This document shows, piece after piece, positions 9,425 through 20,143 of a stretch of 64,000 bases of DNA (position 1 is its first letter; each line of letters begins with the position of its first letter). Source of the stretch: a virus (Duplodnaviria > Caudoviricetes). The stretch lies in the IMG/VR virus record IMGVR_UViG_3300011116_001227; one strand, written 5' to 3'. The notes under the pieces were generated by a model that had not been told where the DNA came from, ran no database searches, and saw nothing but the letters and a program-made list of their open reading frames with translations. The position numbers and the translations under genes were made by a program.

Positions 9425-10174
9425 TTATGCTACGAATGTATAAGTTGACGGGATGTCTAGCGTCACTCCATGACGATTTCCAACAACAGTCACTGATGAT
9501 GTGATAGTTCTTTCAGATGTTCCTGTTTTCTTTCCATAGACAGTCTTTGTTGTACTGTCTAAGCTTCTTACATTTATTGTGAAACCAACTGGTTGAGCTG
9601 GATCGGCTACACTTAAAACGTATGTCGCAATTCTAGAAGGATCACTAGCAACTATTGTTGATATAGCAGCATCTGAAGTTGTCAAAGTTCCGTTTACAGG
9701 ATTTGATAGAGTAAAAAATCTATCAGAAACTTTGATGTTATAAGCAGTTTGAGCAACTTCTCTAATTGCTGTAGGATCTGATGATCCTTTAATTTTTAAT
9801 GAAAGCGTTAACTGAAGCGAAGTCGTAGACTGAGCAGCAGTTGAAAGAAGAGAAACCGATGATGGATTAGAAGATAGAACAGGCATGTAGACTTGAGAAG
9901 CCGCCGTTCCAACATTTTCTCTTCCGACCAGTCTGTATTTAAGCGCAATACTTGGATTTGTGAGAGCTTCAAATACGGGAGTATTCTTTTCAATCTTTTC
10001 TTTACCTACTGCTCTTCCATACTTCTTTATCATTCTATAGTCGACTTCGTCGTCGCCTAAAGAAAAATGAGTAATATTGAAACTGCTGTTCGTTAAAGAA
10101 AGCTGTTGACGACCGTAATCTGTTAATACTGCGTCTAATATGATGTTGTTTGTTGAATGATCAAGCCATCCCAT
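9425..10174 (-). CDS. Putative virion protein (LDAVLTDxGR N-terminal family)
   Basis: MGWLDHSTNNIILDAVLTDYGRQQL...FSLGDDEVDY; Ser/Thr-rich beta C-terminus; position in structural block. Confidence 0.5.
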   Translation of the reverse strand: MGWLDHSTNNIILDAVLTDYGRQQLSLTNSSFNITHFSLGDDEVDYRMIKKYGRAVGKEKIEKNTPVFEALTNPSIALKYRLVGRENVGTAASQVYMPVLSSNPSSVSLLSTAAQSTTSLQLTLSLKIKGSSDPTAIREVAQTAYNIKVSDRFFTLSNPVNGTLTTSDAAISTIVASDPSRIATYVLSVADPAQPVGFTINVRSLDSTTKTVYGKKTGTSERTITSSVTVVGNRHGVTLDIPSTYTFVA

Positions 10175-10275
10175 TTTATCTTCTTCCGTATATTACATCA
10201 AAATTATCAAGCTGCTTGACGAATTTTCCAATCTAATATTCTAGATAAATCTCTTGAATGTTAAATTTAACTAAA

Positions 10276-12099
10276 CTAATTATCGTCAGTCAGCTGATTT
10301 GGATCCAGAACATTAATCTTAATTATCTGCGCGATCTGATTGTCAAGATTAATAATCTGCATAAGATAATATGGTTTGTCTGATACACCTGGCTTTTGTG
10401 CTTCGACAACTCTAAAATTCTTACCTCTCTCGTCGACAACATTCAGATATTCTGGAGTGAAATAAATCTGTAATTGCTTGGTTTCGTCTCCTCCAGTATT
10501 AATAGAATCTTTGAACGCATCTATCTTTAGATTCATATTTGGATACGCTCTTGGAGATCCTTCGTCGCAGATCATTTCTATTTTAAGTTTATTTCTAAAA
10601 GGATCAAACGTAACTCGATGCTGAGAAGAATAATTTGATATTATTCCGTGAGCATCAACAGAACACAGCGCATAAATGTAAGACGTCGTTTCAAAAAATT
10701 CAGAATCAACTACGAAGTCTTTGTCAACATGTCGATAAACAGGTCCGTCAGCCTGTTTGACTAATTGCTTTAAATCAGGAGATAAATTTTCATAATTGTT
10801 AGCATCTACAACTTCTCCTGTCTTGTAACGTTGATTGTCTGGTAATCCCGGTATGGACTTATCAAATCCGTATTGTGCAATTAATTCAAATGGATTCTTT
10901 ATTGATTTTCTACGAAATACTTGAAATTGCTTTATATCGTGCTGTGGATTTACAGGAAAATCCCACATTAAAGAAACGTTATTTTTTTGATAGTCGAACA
11001 CAAATTTAATATCAATAGGAGGCGGAGGAGGTGTAAATTCAACACACGTCGTTCCTATTGATGAAGTTCTAGACACCAAGTTAATTGTCATGAACTCATA
11101 AGATTCTTTGTCGTCATTTGATAAACCTAACAAATCCAATTCAGCAACTACGCTAAGCGTGTAAACATAAGAAACTCCATACAGAACTTCTCTATCGTTG
11201 TAAGACGTTACTAAAGGATCATTTAGATATTCTACGAATTCCTTCTTTAAACCATCTCCCATCTTTTTGTATCTTGTCAAAAGATAACCTTTGATTCTGG
11301 GAGGATCATCTGCTTTTAATTGGTCTCCAGCATCATCAGACCCTCTTTTAAATGCAAAAACTTGTGGTAACTGTTGAGGATATTTTGCATTAAAAGTCTT
11401 AGCGTCTTGATAATAAGACTGAAAAATTCCAAGGCTTCCAGAAGAAGTCATCTTCTGAGAATTATTAAAAAAATCAGGAATTGCAAGTTTATGAACTTTT
11501 AAATTTAGCGTCAAAGATCTTGCTAAAGTTTTTAAAAAGTCTCTATCGTCTGTAAGATTTCCTTCATTGTCATAGACTCTAAGACCCAAAGAATCTATAG
11601 GTAAATCTGATATTGCATCATACGCATTTGCAAGAAGCTTAATTCCTTCTTTAAATTCAGAACTATTGACTCCACCTTTTTCAATAATTGACTTTAGAGC
11701 TTCTTTTGAGAGTTTTGTCTTACTCTCAATATTTTTTTGATTTAGCGAAGAATAATTTGCAAGATCAGCTGATCCTTGTTTTATAGAAGTAATATCAGAA
11801 AAATTTTGAGACAAGTACATTGGAGAAAAACCGCTGTCTTCAGATACTAGCCTTGAAAGAAGAACGTCAGTTGTCTCGTGTCCTTTGATAAATTTAAAAT
11901 TAGAAGTAGGAAGTGGATCCCAATTTAATTTGACGTATCTTGGCACTTTATCTAAAGACACAGAAGCTGCTTCTAAAGGAAGCTCAGTTACTCTTTCGTC
12001 TTCTGTGTAGTAATTGTAGACAAAGTCTCCTGAAAAATTAGTGACTTCTGGAATGTTTGCAACATAAGCAGAGTCTGATATTTTTGATTTAATCGTCAT
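10276..12099 (-). CDS. Putative virion protein with FN3-like domains
   Basis: PPPPIDIKF...VSLMWD...QFQVFRRK...YIYALCSVDAHGIISNYS pattern. Confidence 0.45.
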   Translation of the reverse strand: MTIKSKISDSAYVANIPEVTNFSGDFVYNYYTEDERVTELPLEAASVSLDKVPRYVKLNWDPLPTSNFKFIKGHETTDVLLSRLVSEDSGFSPMYLSQNFSDITSIKQGSADLANYSSLNQKNIESKTKLSKEALKSIIEKGGVNSSEFKEGIKLLANAYDAISDLPIDSLGLRVYDNEGNLTDDRDFLKTLARSLTLNLKVHKLAIPDFFNNSQKMTSSGSLGIFQSYYQDAKTFNAKYPQQLPQVFAFKRGSDDAGDQLKADDPPRIKGYLLTRYKKMGDGLKKEFVEYLNDPLVTSYNDREVLYGVSYVYTLSVVAELDLLGLSNDDKESYEFMTINLVSRTSSIGTTCVEFTPPPPPIDIKFVFDYQKNNVSLMWDFPVNPQHDIKQFQVFRRKSIKNPFELIAQYGFDKSIPGLPDNQRYKTGEVVDANNYENLSPDLKQLVKQADGPVYRHVDKDFVVDSEFFETTSYIYALCSVDAHGIISNYSSQHRVTFDPFRNKLKIEMICDEGSPRAYPNMNLKIDAFKDSINTGGDETKQLQIYFTPEYLNVVDERGKNFRVVEAQKPGVSDKPYYLMQIINLDNQIAQIIKINVLDPNQLTDDN

Positions 12100-12102
12100 A
12101 AT

Positions 12103-15100
12103 TCAACTAATGTCGTAAGGTTCTACAGTAATCCAATATTCGTCCATATAGATATCAGATTGCTGAGTTTGTCTATTCCACTTGTAGACTGCAGTCGGAC
12201 CTCCGCCTTTGACTATTTTTAGAAGTCCTTGATCAACATATTTGGCAGCGTAACCTGACGACCATTCAGCAGTTGCTATTTCAAAATCATCTGGATCGAA
12301 CATTATGTTAAATGTTCTATCAAATTTCTTAGGATACAAAATCTTCTTAACATAAGAATCAGTGTCTAGAAGAAGCGTCTCATTTTTTAAATATGATTTA
12401 ACTGATGCTTGCAAATTCTCAACTATTAAATCTAGGTTGTTAATATCAGGAGGATTGCTTCCAAACAAATTGGTTGCATCAAATTTTCCTCCTGTGGTTT
12501 TTATGTAGTTGTCGTACTGAATCGATATGTTTTTTAATTCTTCGTCAAGTCCTGAATAATTGTAATATCTTGATTCGTCTATAGAAGATCCAGTAAACCA
12601 TTTGACATATTCCTCTAAGACAAAACTAAAAACATGATTCAAGTAGATCTGAGCTCTTTCTTCTTGATTTAAAAAGTTTCCATAATTTGAAAATGCTTCA
12701 TTAAAATTCTTGTGAAGAAGAATCTTCTTTCCATCGAAATATTTCGTAGGTGCATCAAAGAAATTCTTAAATCCATTTAAGTTACCCCAATTTGATACGA
12801 TTCTAGTTGGGAATCTGTTAACTTCAAAGAGAAAAGTTTTTGGTTTAAAAACAATGCCAGGATTTAAAACATCGTTCTTGTAGACACATAGTCTAACGAC
12901 ATTTCTTCTTAAATTTTCTTCTTTAGACAGAGAAATTCCTGCAGGACTTCCAATTAAGTTTCTCAACATTCGAGGAGGTAAACCTACAGATAAAATTCGT
13001 TTATTATTTCCTTTAAAATTTGAAAATTCATCAAGATTCTTGAAGAGCTGTGACAAAGAAGTGTAAGAAATTAAGTCTATATCGTTAACAGGACAGTAAT
13101 TGATAAATTTATCCGGAAAATCTAAGAAATCTGGGAATGTCTTTAACTTTGATTCTGAATCGTTTGAAGAATCAAATCTGTCTATAAGCTCAGTCATAAT
13201 GTGTTCAGCAAGAACAATTTGCTCTCGAGAAAATGAAAGATTAGCAAGAGAAAGTCGTTGTTCTGGGCTTAACATTGTGTCTTTATTAAAGATGTCTCTT
13301 GTCGCTGTCAAATACTGCAAAAAGTTCTGCGATAAAGATGTTTTAAATGAAGATAGTTTCAAGCTAGCATTTGAAACAAACTTATCAAGCAAGTCAATCC
13401 AATTAGCTACTCTTGTAGACTCTGAGTAATAGCTTTTTGCAAAATTATCCAGCTGCTTTGGATAAATTGTCTTTCCGTCAGAAAGAACAGAAAAATAATC
13501 TTGAAGCTGATTTGCCTGAAGATCTAAGGAATAACCGCCTATCTTTACGTCTCCAGAAGCTGCTGTAAAAAATCCTTGAAATGTATCTGGAGTTATCATG
13601 GATATCATTTCAATGATTAAATTAAAGTACGTCCACAACATCCCCATCGATGTCTGATTGCCATATACAGTGTTTGTCGATGACGACTTAGTTACTGTTG
13701 ATTTAAAGATGTCACTTTGAAAAAGATTTGTCATTAATTCGACTACAATCTTAAAGAGACCTTCAACGTTACCGTCCAATCCTGTTCCAAAGTTTTTAAC
13801 GAAAGGATTGCCTTCTAAAAATAAAGCTCGAAAAACAGGATCGTCTACTAGATCAGCTATATTCTGATCAAATCCTTTGACTCTAGCTGTAGAAGTGACA
13901 GGAATATATTTTGGTATTCCTCCTTGAGAATCGTCTATGCTTTTTACGTTAAGTTTTTGACTCTTCTCAAGAAGTATTGCATCTAAAATTAACTCAGGCG
14001 TGTTGGCTTCAACATCTCCTGTATACAAAGCCCGAGCATATTCATTGCTATCAGACCAAAAATAATTGCTTCCTATTCCGCCTGGGGAGCCATATTCTGT
14101 TGATATTGCAAGTTGAGTTTCAGCAGGAGGTTCATCCTTTTTAAAACCTTTTCCTATAGTCTTTACTTTAAATTCTGAAGTAAAGGGTAGATAATTGACA
14201 GATGTTCCTGGAAAAGATTTTTTGTAGGCTTCTCTTACTAAGATTTGAAAAAGAACTAGCGCGAGTTTTCTATGTAATTTGGCAAATTTAAATATAGCTG
14301 CTGGAAGAACAAACCACGATTGCCACGGAATTCCTTGATCTTTTAGATAAAGCGCATCTTTTCTTAATTGTGAATCTACGGCTACATTGCCAGCTGCATC
14401 AATAGTTAAAAAACTTTGATAAGCGTTGATAAGAGGTTGAAGAGCATTCAATAGATTGTCTATAGGATCATCTACTTCGCTTGATCTCTCGTCAAGCATC
14501 TTGTAAATATCCTTTTCACCTGATCCTGGTGTTCCTGAATAGATTTGCTTGATTAACTTAATTGACTCTTTAGACTGTTTTAAAGAAGATAAAAGAAAAT
14601 CTAAACGAGATGTATCAAATTTTTCAAGATTATTTGTGCTTAATGCACTGTCGATATAAAAGAATGATCCATGTGTTAAACCGTACTGAGAATCATTTAT
14701 CAGAGGCATATCTGAAGTTTCAAAAGTTAAAACACTGTATTCTTTGCTTTTATTGTCTTCGCTAGTGACAGTATTTTTGGACCTTGATAGTCCAAGCAAT
14801 GAAGGATCTGGATTGACTATGCCTGTAGTAGTTCCTGCAAGTTGATTCGAAGCAAAAGAAAGATCTAAAGAATCTCTTAAAAATTTTGGTCCTATTAGAG
14901 AGTTCCATACTTCATAATTCGTTGAGCCTTCAGCAAGATTAACAGCGTAGTTTAAAGTTGAAAGATCTTGTTGAATTGTTGAATTTTTTAGTCCTCTAGA
15001 AAAAACGACAAATTTTGAAAAAAGTGTTGCTATTGTTTCTATATTAGAATTTATGCTTCCGTCAGAATTGATTGCAAAATTATCATCTAAAGATGCTAAA

Positions 15101-16200
15101 GTAATTGGATCATTACTGTATTGATCTCCATTTATTGCATTAGCAAGATCTACAACAGTTAATTGTGCAATTGATTCAAGCGTTAGAGTATCTTGTTTTT
15201 TTAGATAAACTCTCTTAAATAGTAGACCTGGATCTGTAAGATCAGATTTGGTTTGTGGAACTAACACTCCATTTGAATTTATAGAAAATAGTCCTCTTAA
15301 TTTGTACGTCTCGTCATACTCGCCTTGCAATAAAGGTAAACTGCTTATAGAATTATTCAAGTATGGAGTGTGAGTTAATAATGCTCTTTTTGTTTCCAGT
15401 ATGAATTGTTGATACAGAACTGTAGGAGATAATTTTTTAGTTTGATCTCCCCAGCCAATGTCTCTCAAGTAAGATTCAAAACCCTGAAAAGAGTCTGCTA
15501 AAACTTGAGATACAGCTTTAGACGACAATATTTTTATATTGTTGTTCGGATTTGCGGAAGAAATCATTCCAGAAAGTCCAATTCCACTTCCTGCTCCTTC
15601 GTTTGGAGACCCACTTCCAGCCTGGGCTTTATTGCTTGGAATAAAGTATGGTTTCGCAATATGAGAAAAATTCTTTACGTCAAGTGCACCAATAGCTTCA
15701 GTAAGCGACTTTAAAAGAATAGTAGTTCTATCAGTTTGAGATTTTGCAAAATCAACAAGCTTTTTCTTGTTAGATTCTACAAGTTTTTTTGTTTCTTCGT
15801 TTTTTGTTAAAACTGTAATAGAATTTTTAGCAGTTAAAATTATAGATTTTTCTTTTACGTTAAGTGCGTAATCTCTTTCCGAAGAATTTATAGAACCTTT
15901 TATAGGTAAAAATTCAGAAGAAATAATTATTGTAGGCGTATCTTGTGATAGACCAGTATTAATTGTAAAAGTTTCGCTAGTCGTATTAGGAATTCCTGCA
16001 TTTTGAACTTTTATATCTTTGTTGTAAAGATCAGAAATACCTCCGCCAGCTTCTTGAAAATTAGTTTGATCGTATGTTTGTTCTAATTTTAAAGAATCAT
16101 CAGAATTAGCCTGTGTACTTTTTTGATCAGTAACATGTATAGAAGAAGTCTTGACGATATTGTTGCTTAACTTTGTGACTTTTCCAACTTTTATAGGCAT
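12103..16200 (-). CDS. Large hypothetical protein (1365 aa), likely virion
   Basis: Long ORF in tightly packed structural block; no family recognised. Confidence 0.45.
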   Translation of the reverse strand: MPIKVGKVTKLSNNIVKTSSIHVTDQKSTQANSDDSLKLEQTYDQTNFQEAGGGISDLYNKDIKVQNAGIPNTTSETFTINTGLSQDTPTIIISSEFLPIKGSINSSERDYALNVKEKSIILTAKNSITVLTKNEETKKLVESNKKKLVDFAKSQTDRTTILLKSLTEAIGALDVKNFSHIAKPYFIPSNKAQAGSGSPNEGAGSGIGLSGMISSANPNNNIKILSSKAVSQVLADSFQGFESYLRDIGWGDQTKKLSPTVLYQQFILETKRALLTHTPYLNNSISSLPLLQGEYDETYKLRGLFSINSNGVLVPQTKSDLTDPGLLFKRVYLKKQDTLTLESIAQLTVVDLANAINGDQYSNDPITLASLDDNFAINSDGSINSNIETIATLFSKFVVFSRGLKNSTIQQDLSTLNYAVNLAEGSTNYEVWNSLIGPKFLRDSLDLSFASNQLAGTTTGIVNPDPSLLGLSRSKNTVTSEDNKSKEYSVLTFETSDMPLINDSQYGLTHGSFFYIDSALSTNNLEKFDTSRLDFLLSSLKQSKESIKLIKQIYSGTPGSGEKDIYKMLDERSSEVDDPIDNLLNALQPLINAYQSFLTIDAAGNVAVDSQLRKDALYLKDQGIPWQSWFVLPAAIFKFAKLHRKLALVLFQILVREAYKKSFPGTSVNYLPFTSEFKVKTIGKGFKKDEPPAETQLAISTEYGSPGGIGSNYFWSDSNEYARALYTGDVEANTPELILDAILLEKSQKLNVKSIDDSQGGIPKYIPVTSTARVKGFDQNIADLVDDPVFRALFLEGNPFVKNFGTGLDGNVEGLFKIVVELMTNLFQSDIFKSTVTKSSSTNTVYGNQTSMGMLWTYFNLIIEMISMITPDTFQGFFTAASGDVKIGGYSLDLQANQLQDYFSVLSDGKTIYPKQLDNFAKSYYSESTRVANWIDLLDKFVSNASLKLSSFKTSLSQNFLQYLTATRDIFNKDTMLSPEQRLSLANLSFSREQIVLAEHIMTELIDRFDSSNDSESKLKTFPDFLDFPDKFINYCPVNDIDLISYTSLSQLFKNLDEFSNFKGNNKRILSVGLPPRMLRNLIGSPAGISLSKEENLRRNVVRLCVYKNDVLNPGIVFKPKTFLFEVNRFPTRIVSNWGNLNGFKNFFDAPTKYFDGKKILLHKNFNEAFSNYGNFLNQEERAQIYLNHVFSFVLEEYVKWFTGSSIDESRYYNYSGLDEELKNISIQYDNYIKTTGGKFDATNLFGSNPPDINNLDLIVENLQASVKSYLKNETLLLDTDSYVKKILYPKKFDRTFNIMFDPDDFEIATAEWSSGYAAKYVDQGLLKIVKGGGPTAVYKWNRQTQQSDIYMDEYWITVEPYDIS

Positions 16201-16201
16201 G

Positions 16202-18643
16202 TTATACTCGCCTCAATACTTTAGAAGAAAGTTCTTCTTTGACAAGAATAGAATTAGTAAAATATGTTGATTTTATTTGATAATCATTTGTGATTGGAGT
16301 CACTTCATAGTAAACGGTTCCTAAATCTTCTTCACCTAACTTGTGATAAATGTAAGTTTTATTAGTTTTTCCTAGAAGATTTTTTTTGCCATTGACAACT
16401 TTAGTCACTACAAAACAATCATAAATAAAGTTTGGATCAATTGACCAAGAAATTTTGCTGAGTGACCTTGAAAATTTTTCAGCTCTTGGAGAAACCGAAT
16501 AATCAGATGAAGTAACGGGTACTGTAACTTCAGTATTTCCAGATATTCTTACGGGATCTGCTGTGAATAATTCTGTTTTTTGAATGTCTGGTATTCCTTC
16601 AATATCATCAACATACAAGATTCCAGTGTTTAAGACCTTTGGATTATTCCATTTGTACGGTCTATAAAACCACTTCTTGCCATTATTTGTTCCATTCTGG
16701 ATAAAATCTTTAGAAGAAGAAGAGGGATCTCTTTTAAAAGTTACAACTTGATAAAGATAAGTTCGACCCTCTACAAGGTCAGTTATCTTATTATTTCTTC
16801 TAGATGTTGCATCGTCTGAGAACGCGCCATCAGAAATAAGATCAAAAGTAACTTTTTCAAATGTCGTCGTATCTATTCTTGTAATCTGATGAAAGTAAAG
16901 ATCGTTATATTCTTTAATATCTTTTGTCTTTCCAGATATAGTTTTATTTGGATCAAAATTACTCTGGAAAGTTATATCGCCAGTTGATGCATTTATTGCT
17001 GTTTTTAAAACATCGTTAGACTGTTGTTTATTTCCATCTGTACTAATAGAAAAAGATACTGAATTTTTTGTGACATTTAATTGATTGATTGTTGTCTTAG
17101 AAGATCCTTTTGAAAGTCTTAAAACTTCCACCAAAGATGGTCTTGAAGTTTGAATTACTTTTCCATCTTTAAGAGTTTCTACAAAATACTCATATAGATG
17201 ACCTGGTGTTACAGAATTGTCTGAAAAACTGAGGCTTGAAGTCTTAGAGCCATTAACGATATTGATTAATTCGAATTCTGAATATAATGAATTTGTGCAA
17301 TTTCTTCTATAAAAGTTAATAACTTCTGTAACTATAGAAATATTGTTTAGACTAAGCGTAACATTGTTATTTTCTGTTTGATTAGCATAAAAATTTAAGT
17401 TTAAGCCAACATACCCAGGAAAACCTTCACCTATCACAACATCAGAAAAAATATTGGATTCACCTTTTTCTGTGACAGGAATAACTCTGATAATGTCTAA
17501 GGACTTCTCAGAAGCTCCAGAAAATTCTGACGTTCCTTGCTGAATATTTTTTTTAGCAACGTTTAATGAAGAAACAAGCGAATACTGACTTGATAAACCA
17601 TAAGAGTTTATAGATTTTCTATAGACGTTAAAAGATGTAATTTTTTTCTTTTCTTCTTCTGACGAAGAAAAAGCAACAATATTCTTTCTTAAAGAAAAGT
17701 TACCTGCATTTGTAGTTGTTACGTCTAGAATAGGATCAAAAAATAAAGCATTGTAAGCTTCAAAGTATTTTTCTAATTTTAAAGAAGTATTAACTGTTTC
17801 TTCTGGTTGATTAGTGTTAATTTTATATAGATCAAACTTAGCTAATAAAGAAGAATTCTTGTATTTGATCGGTAGATCTACATCGGCAGATATTTCTAAA
17901 GTATCCAAATAATTTAGAGCTTCTTGCTTTTGATAAAATGTCATTCCCTCTAATAGATTATTTGGAATAGCATTATTGTCGTGAATAAAATAGTCTATCA
18001 CTCGATTAGAAAAACTTGATTTGTCTTCTTGATTTGTCAAGAATTGAGTTGGTGTTTTAAAAAACGTATTAATGTCATTTAAGAGTCTATTTGGATCTAA
18101 TTTGATCGACGTGAGTCTTTGACCTTGATCAAGATTTACTGACTCTGGGATTACTAGATCTACGCTTCTAAAAGGATTGTTGAGGGCATCTTTGATTTTG
18201 TCATTGATGTACACGGAAACTGTAGTGACCGAATCTGCGTTTTTCTTATTTCCTTTTACGTAATCAATTGCCTTTAATGTTTGATTTATTCTTTCTGCAG
18301 ATTGTGCAGAAATTTTAGTATCTACACTTCTAATTTTTGAAAAGTCTCTATTGAGTTTTAATTTTGAAATAGAATTTGAAGTTAACTCAGTATTTGATGA
18401 ATTTGAATTAAATTTAGAAGATTTAACTTTTGCTACAACTGATTCTTGCTGAGTCGTTAATAAAGAAATAACTACTTTCTTGTAGTCGACAGGATCTATG
18501 GCAACATTATTCAGTGAAATTTTAAAAAAGAATCTTACAGTAAATTTTTCTTCGCTTACATCAATTATCTGAGCAAATTCTACAGGATCGACTGAAAGAA
18601 TTTGTGATAATGAATTTTTGCTGGTAACAAATTTAATAGTCAT
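16202..18643 (-). CDS. Hypothetical protein with FN3-like beta repeats, likely virion
   Basis: SFNVYRKS, INFYRRN...FSDNSVTPGHLYEYFV, EGRTYLYQV. Confidence 0.45.
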   Translation of the reverse strand: MTIKFVTSKNSLSQILSVDPVEFAQIIDVSEEKFTVRFFFKISLNNVAIDPVDYKKVVISLLTTQQESVVAKVKSSKFNSNSSNTELTSNSISKLKLNRDFSKIRSVDTKISAQSAERINQTLKAIDYVKGNKKNADSVTTVSVYINDKIKDALNNPFRSVDLVIPESVNLDQGQRLTSIKLDPNRLLNDINTFFKTPTQFLTNQEDKSSFSNRVIDYFIHDNNAIPNNLLEGMTFYQKQEALNYLDTLEISADVDLPIKYKNSSLLAKFDLYKINTNQPEETVNTSLKLEKYFEAYNALFFDPILDVTTTNAGNFSLRKNIVAFSSSEEEKKKITSFNVYRKSINSYGLSSQYSLVSSLNVAKKNIQQGTSEFSGASEKSLDIIRVIPVTEKGESNIFSDVVIGEGFPGYVGLNLNFYANQTENNNVTLSLNNISIVTEVINFYRRNCTNSLYSEFELINIVNGSKTSSLSFSDNSVTPGHLYEYFVETLKDGKVIQTSRPSLVEVLRLSKGSSKTTINQLNVTKNSVSFSISTDGNKQQSNDVLKTAINASTGDITFQSNFDPNKTISGKTKDIKEYNDLYFHQITRIDTTTFEKVTFDLISDGAFSDDATSRRNNKITDLVEGRTYLYQVVTFKRDPSSSSKDFIQNGTNNGKKWFYRPYKWNNPKVLNTGILYVDDIEGIPDIQKTELFTADPVRISGNTEVTVPVTSSDYSVSPRAEKFSRSLSKISWSIDPNFIYDCFVVTKVVNGKKNLLGKTNKTYIYHKLGEEDLGTVYYEVTPITNDYQIKSTYFTNSILVKEELSSKVLRRV

Positions 18644-20070
18644 TCTTCGTCACCTTCACGTCTAGAAAATATTAAAGTGAACATGTTGACGTAACAGGTT
18701 GTTCCTCTATCGTCAAGAAATGTTTTTCCTGCGAAATAAACTTTATTGCTGACTACAGTAGAGTCAAAAGAATCATTTTTGACATCTCCGTAATTAATTA
18801 AGTCCAGCTTCTTTACTGTTCCATCGGCTACTTCAAATAATTGACAAAGTATGTTGTTCTTTCTTGAAGTCTCTACGAAGCTAATCTTTTCACCAAAGTA
18901 ATTTGAAACTTGCTTAGAAATATCTTGAAAGCTTAATTGTTTTTTATTATCTCCAAGCGGAGGATAATTTCCAAGAAGATAAGGATTAATTGCATCAAGA
19001 TTAGACTTGTCTGTAACTGTTGTATCGCTTACTTTAATTATTGGTGGAAGGTATCTAAAGTTGTCAAGATTACTTAGCTTATCATCATTAAAGATAGAAT
19101 CAATTGAATTTAATGAAGGTGCATGCTTTATAACATCTTTGATAGACTTGTCAAGTCTAGAAATATCAAAATTAATTTCATTATTTGTTAAGTTAAATTT
19201 GTCTTCAAAAAAGATGGGATCTATTGTCGAGAGAGTTCTTAACTCTTGAAAATTATCGAAAGAAGAAGATAAAATTCCATCAATTTGTGAAGCAAATACA
19301 GCATTTGGAAGTTCTACTACGTCTGGTCTGCCTCCCATCAAAGATTCTTCAATAATAAATGGAAGAGAAGCCGTAAAAGATCCCATAGATCCCGTGACTA
19401 ATTTTGTTGCTACTTTTTCATGACTTCCACTAATATCAGTAATGTAGATATAATTTTCTCTATCAACAGCTTCAACTTTAGGACCAGATCCTGATGATGC
19501 AATTTCAATTGATCGTTGTATTGCTGTCGTTAAATCTACAGAATTAATTCCGCCTTTAACACCCACATAAGAAAAGTCTGGTAACGAGGAAGATATTGTA
19601 CCTGCTTTTACATTCTTATCAAGAATTACTGAAGAAAATTTTCCATTACTGTCGCAGTAAGAAAAACCTACTCCTGCTTCTTTAAATTTTTCTGAAATGC
19701 TTGAAACTTTAACTCTAGCACCGTAATTTATTTGATAAGCAATAGCTTTTCCATCAACAAAAGATGCAGCTACTCTTCTAGGAAGAAGCGAATCAATTCT
19801 TTGTATGTCTATTGTTTTATCTCTAAGTGGAACAATTTTTCCAGAATCATTTGCTTCAAATATGATTTGGTCTTGAGGTAAACTTTTAGCTTCTAGGTAA
19901 ATTCTGTCTGTAGGATCAACGTGACCTTCAATTAAGTCACTTTCATAAACTACATCATTGTCTGTAAAAGTAGCAAAAGACACATTGAAGGTGCCTTCCG
20001 CCATCTGTCTTCTTCCCTCGACAGTTATTATCGCGTCTATGATTCTTGATTTACTGTCGAGAATACCCAT
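18640..20070 (-). CDS. Putative virion protein, N-terminus paralogous to 9425-10174
   Basis: MGILDSKSRIIDAIITVEGRRQM...ATFTDNDVVY. Confidence 0.5.
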   Translation of the reverse strand: MGILDSKSRIIDAIITVEGRRQMAEGTFNVSFATFTDNDVVYESDLIEGHVDPTDRIYLEAKSLPQDQIIFEANDSGKIVPLRDKTIDIQRIDSLLPRRVAASFVDGKAIAYQINYGARVKVSSISEKFKEAGVGFSYCDSNGKFSSVILDKNVKAGTISSSLPDFSYVGVKGGINSVDLTTAIQRSIEIASSGSGPKVEAVDRENYIYITDISGSHEKVATKLVTGSMGSFTASLPFIIEESLMGGRPDVVELPNAVFASQIDGILSSSFDNFQELRTLSTIDPIFFEDKFNLTNNEINFDISRLDKSIKDVIKHAPSLNSIDSIFNDDKLSNLDNFRYLPPIIKVSDTTVTDKSNLDAINPYLLGNYPPLGDNKKQLSFQDISKQVSNYFGEKISFVETSRKNNILCQLFEVADGTVKKLDLINYGDVKNDSFDSTVVSNKVYFAGKTFLDDRGTTCYVNMFTLIFSRREGDEE

Positions 20071-20143
20071 GAAGACATCCTAATTCGTCATCTAAAATTA
20101 TATGCTTCTCAGCATACTATGCCTATAATTTAATAAGATGTCA

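Noticed and set aside
10175-10275. Short palindromes TCAAGCTGCTTGA and GTTAAATTTAAC in an intergenic gap; also TATGCT-N4-AGCATA at about 20101
   Set aside because: 6-bp arms are expected by chance in AT-rich DNA; no U-tract and no recurrence elsewhere
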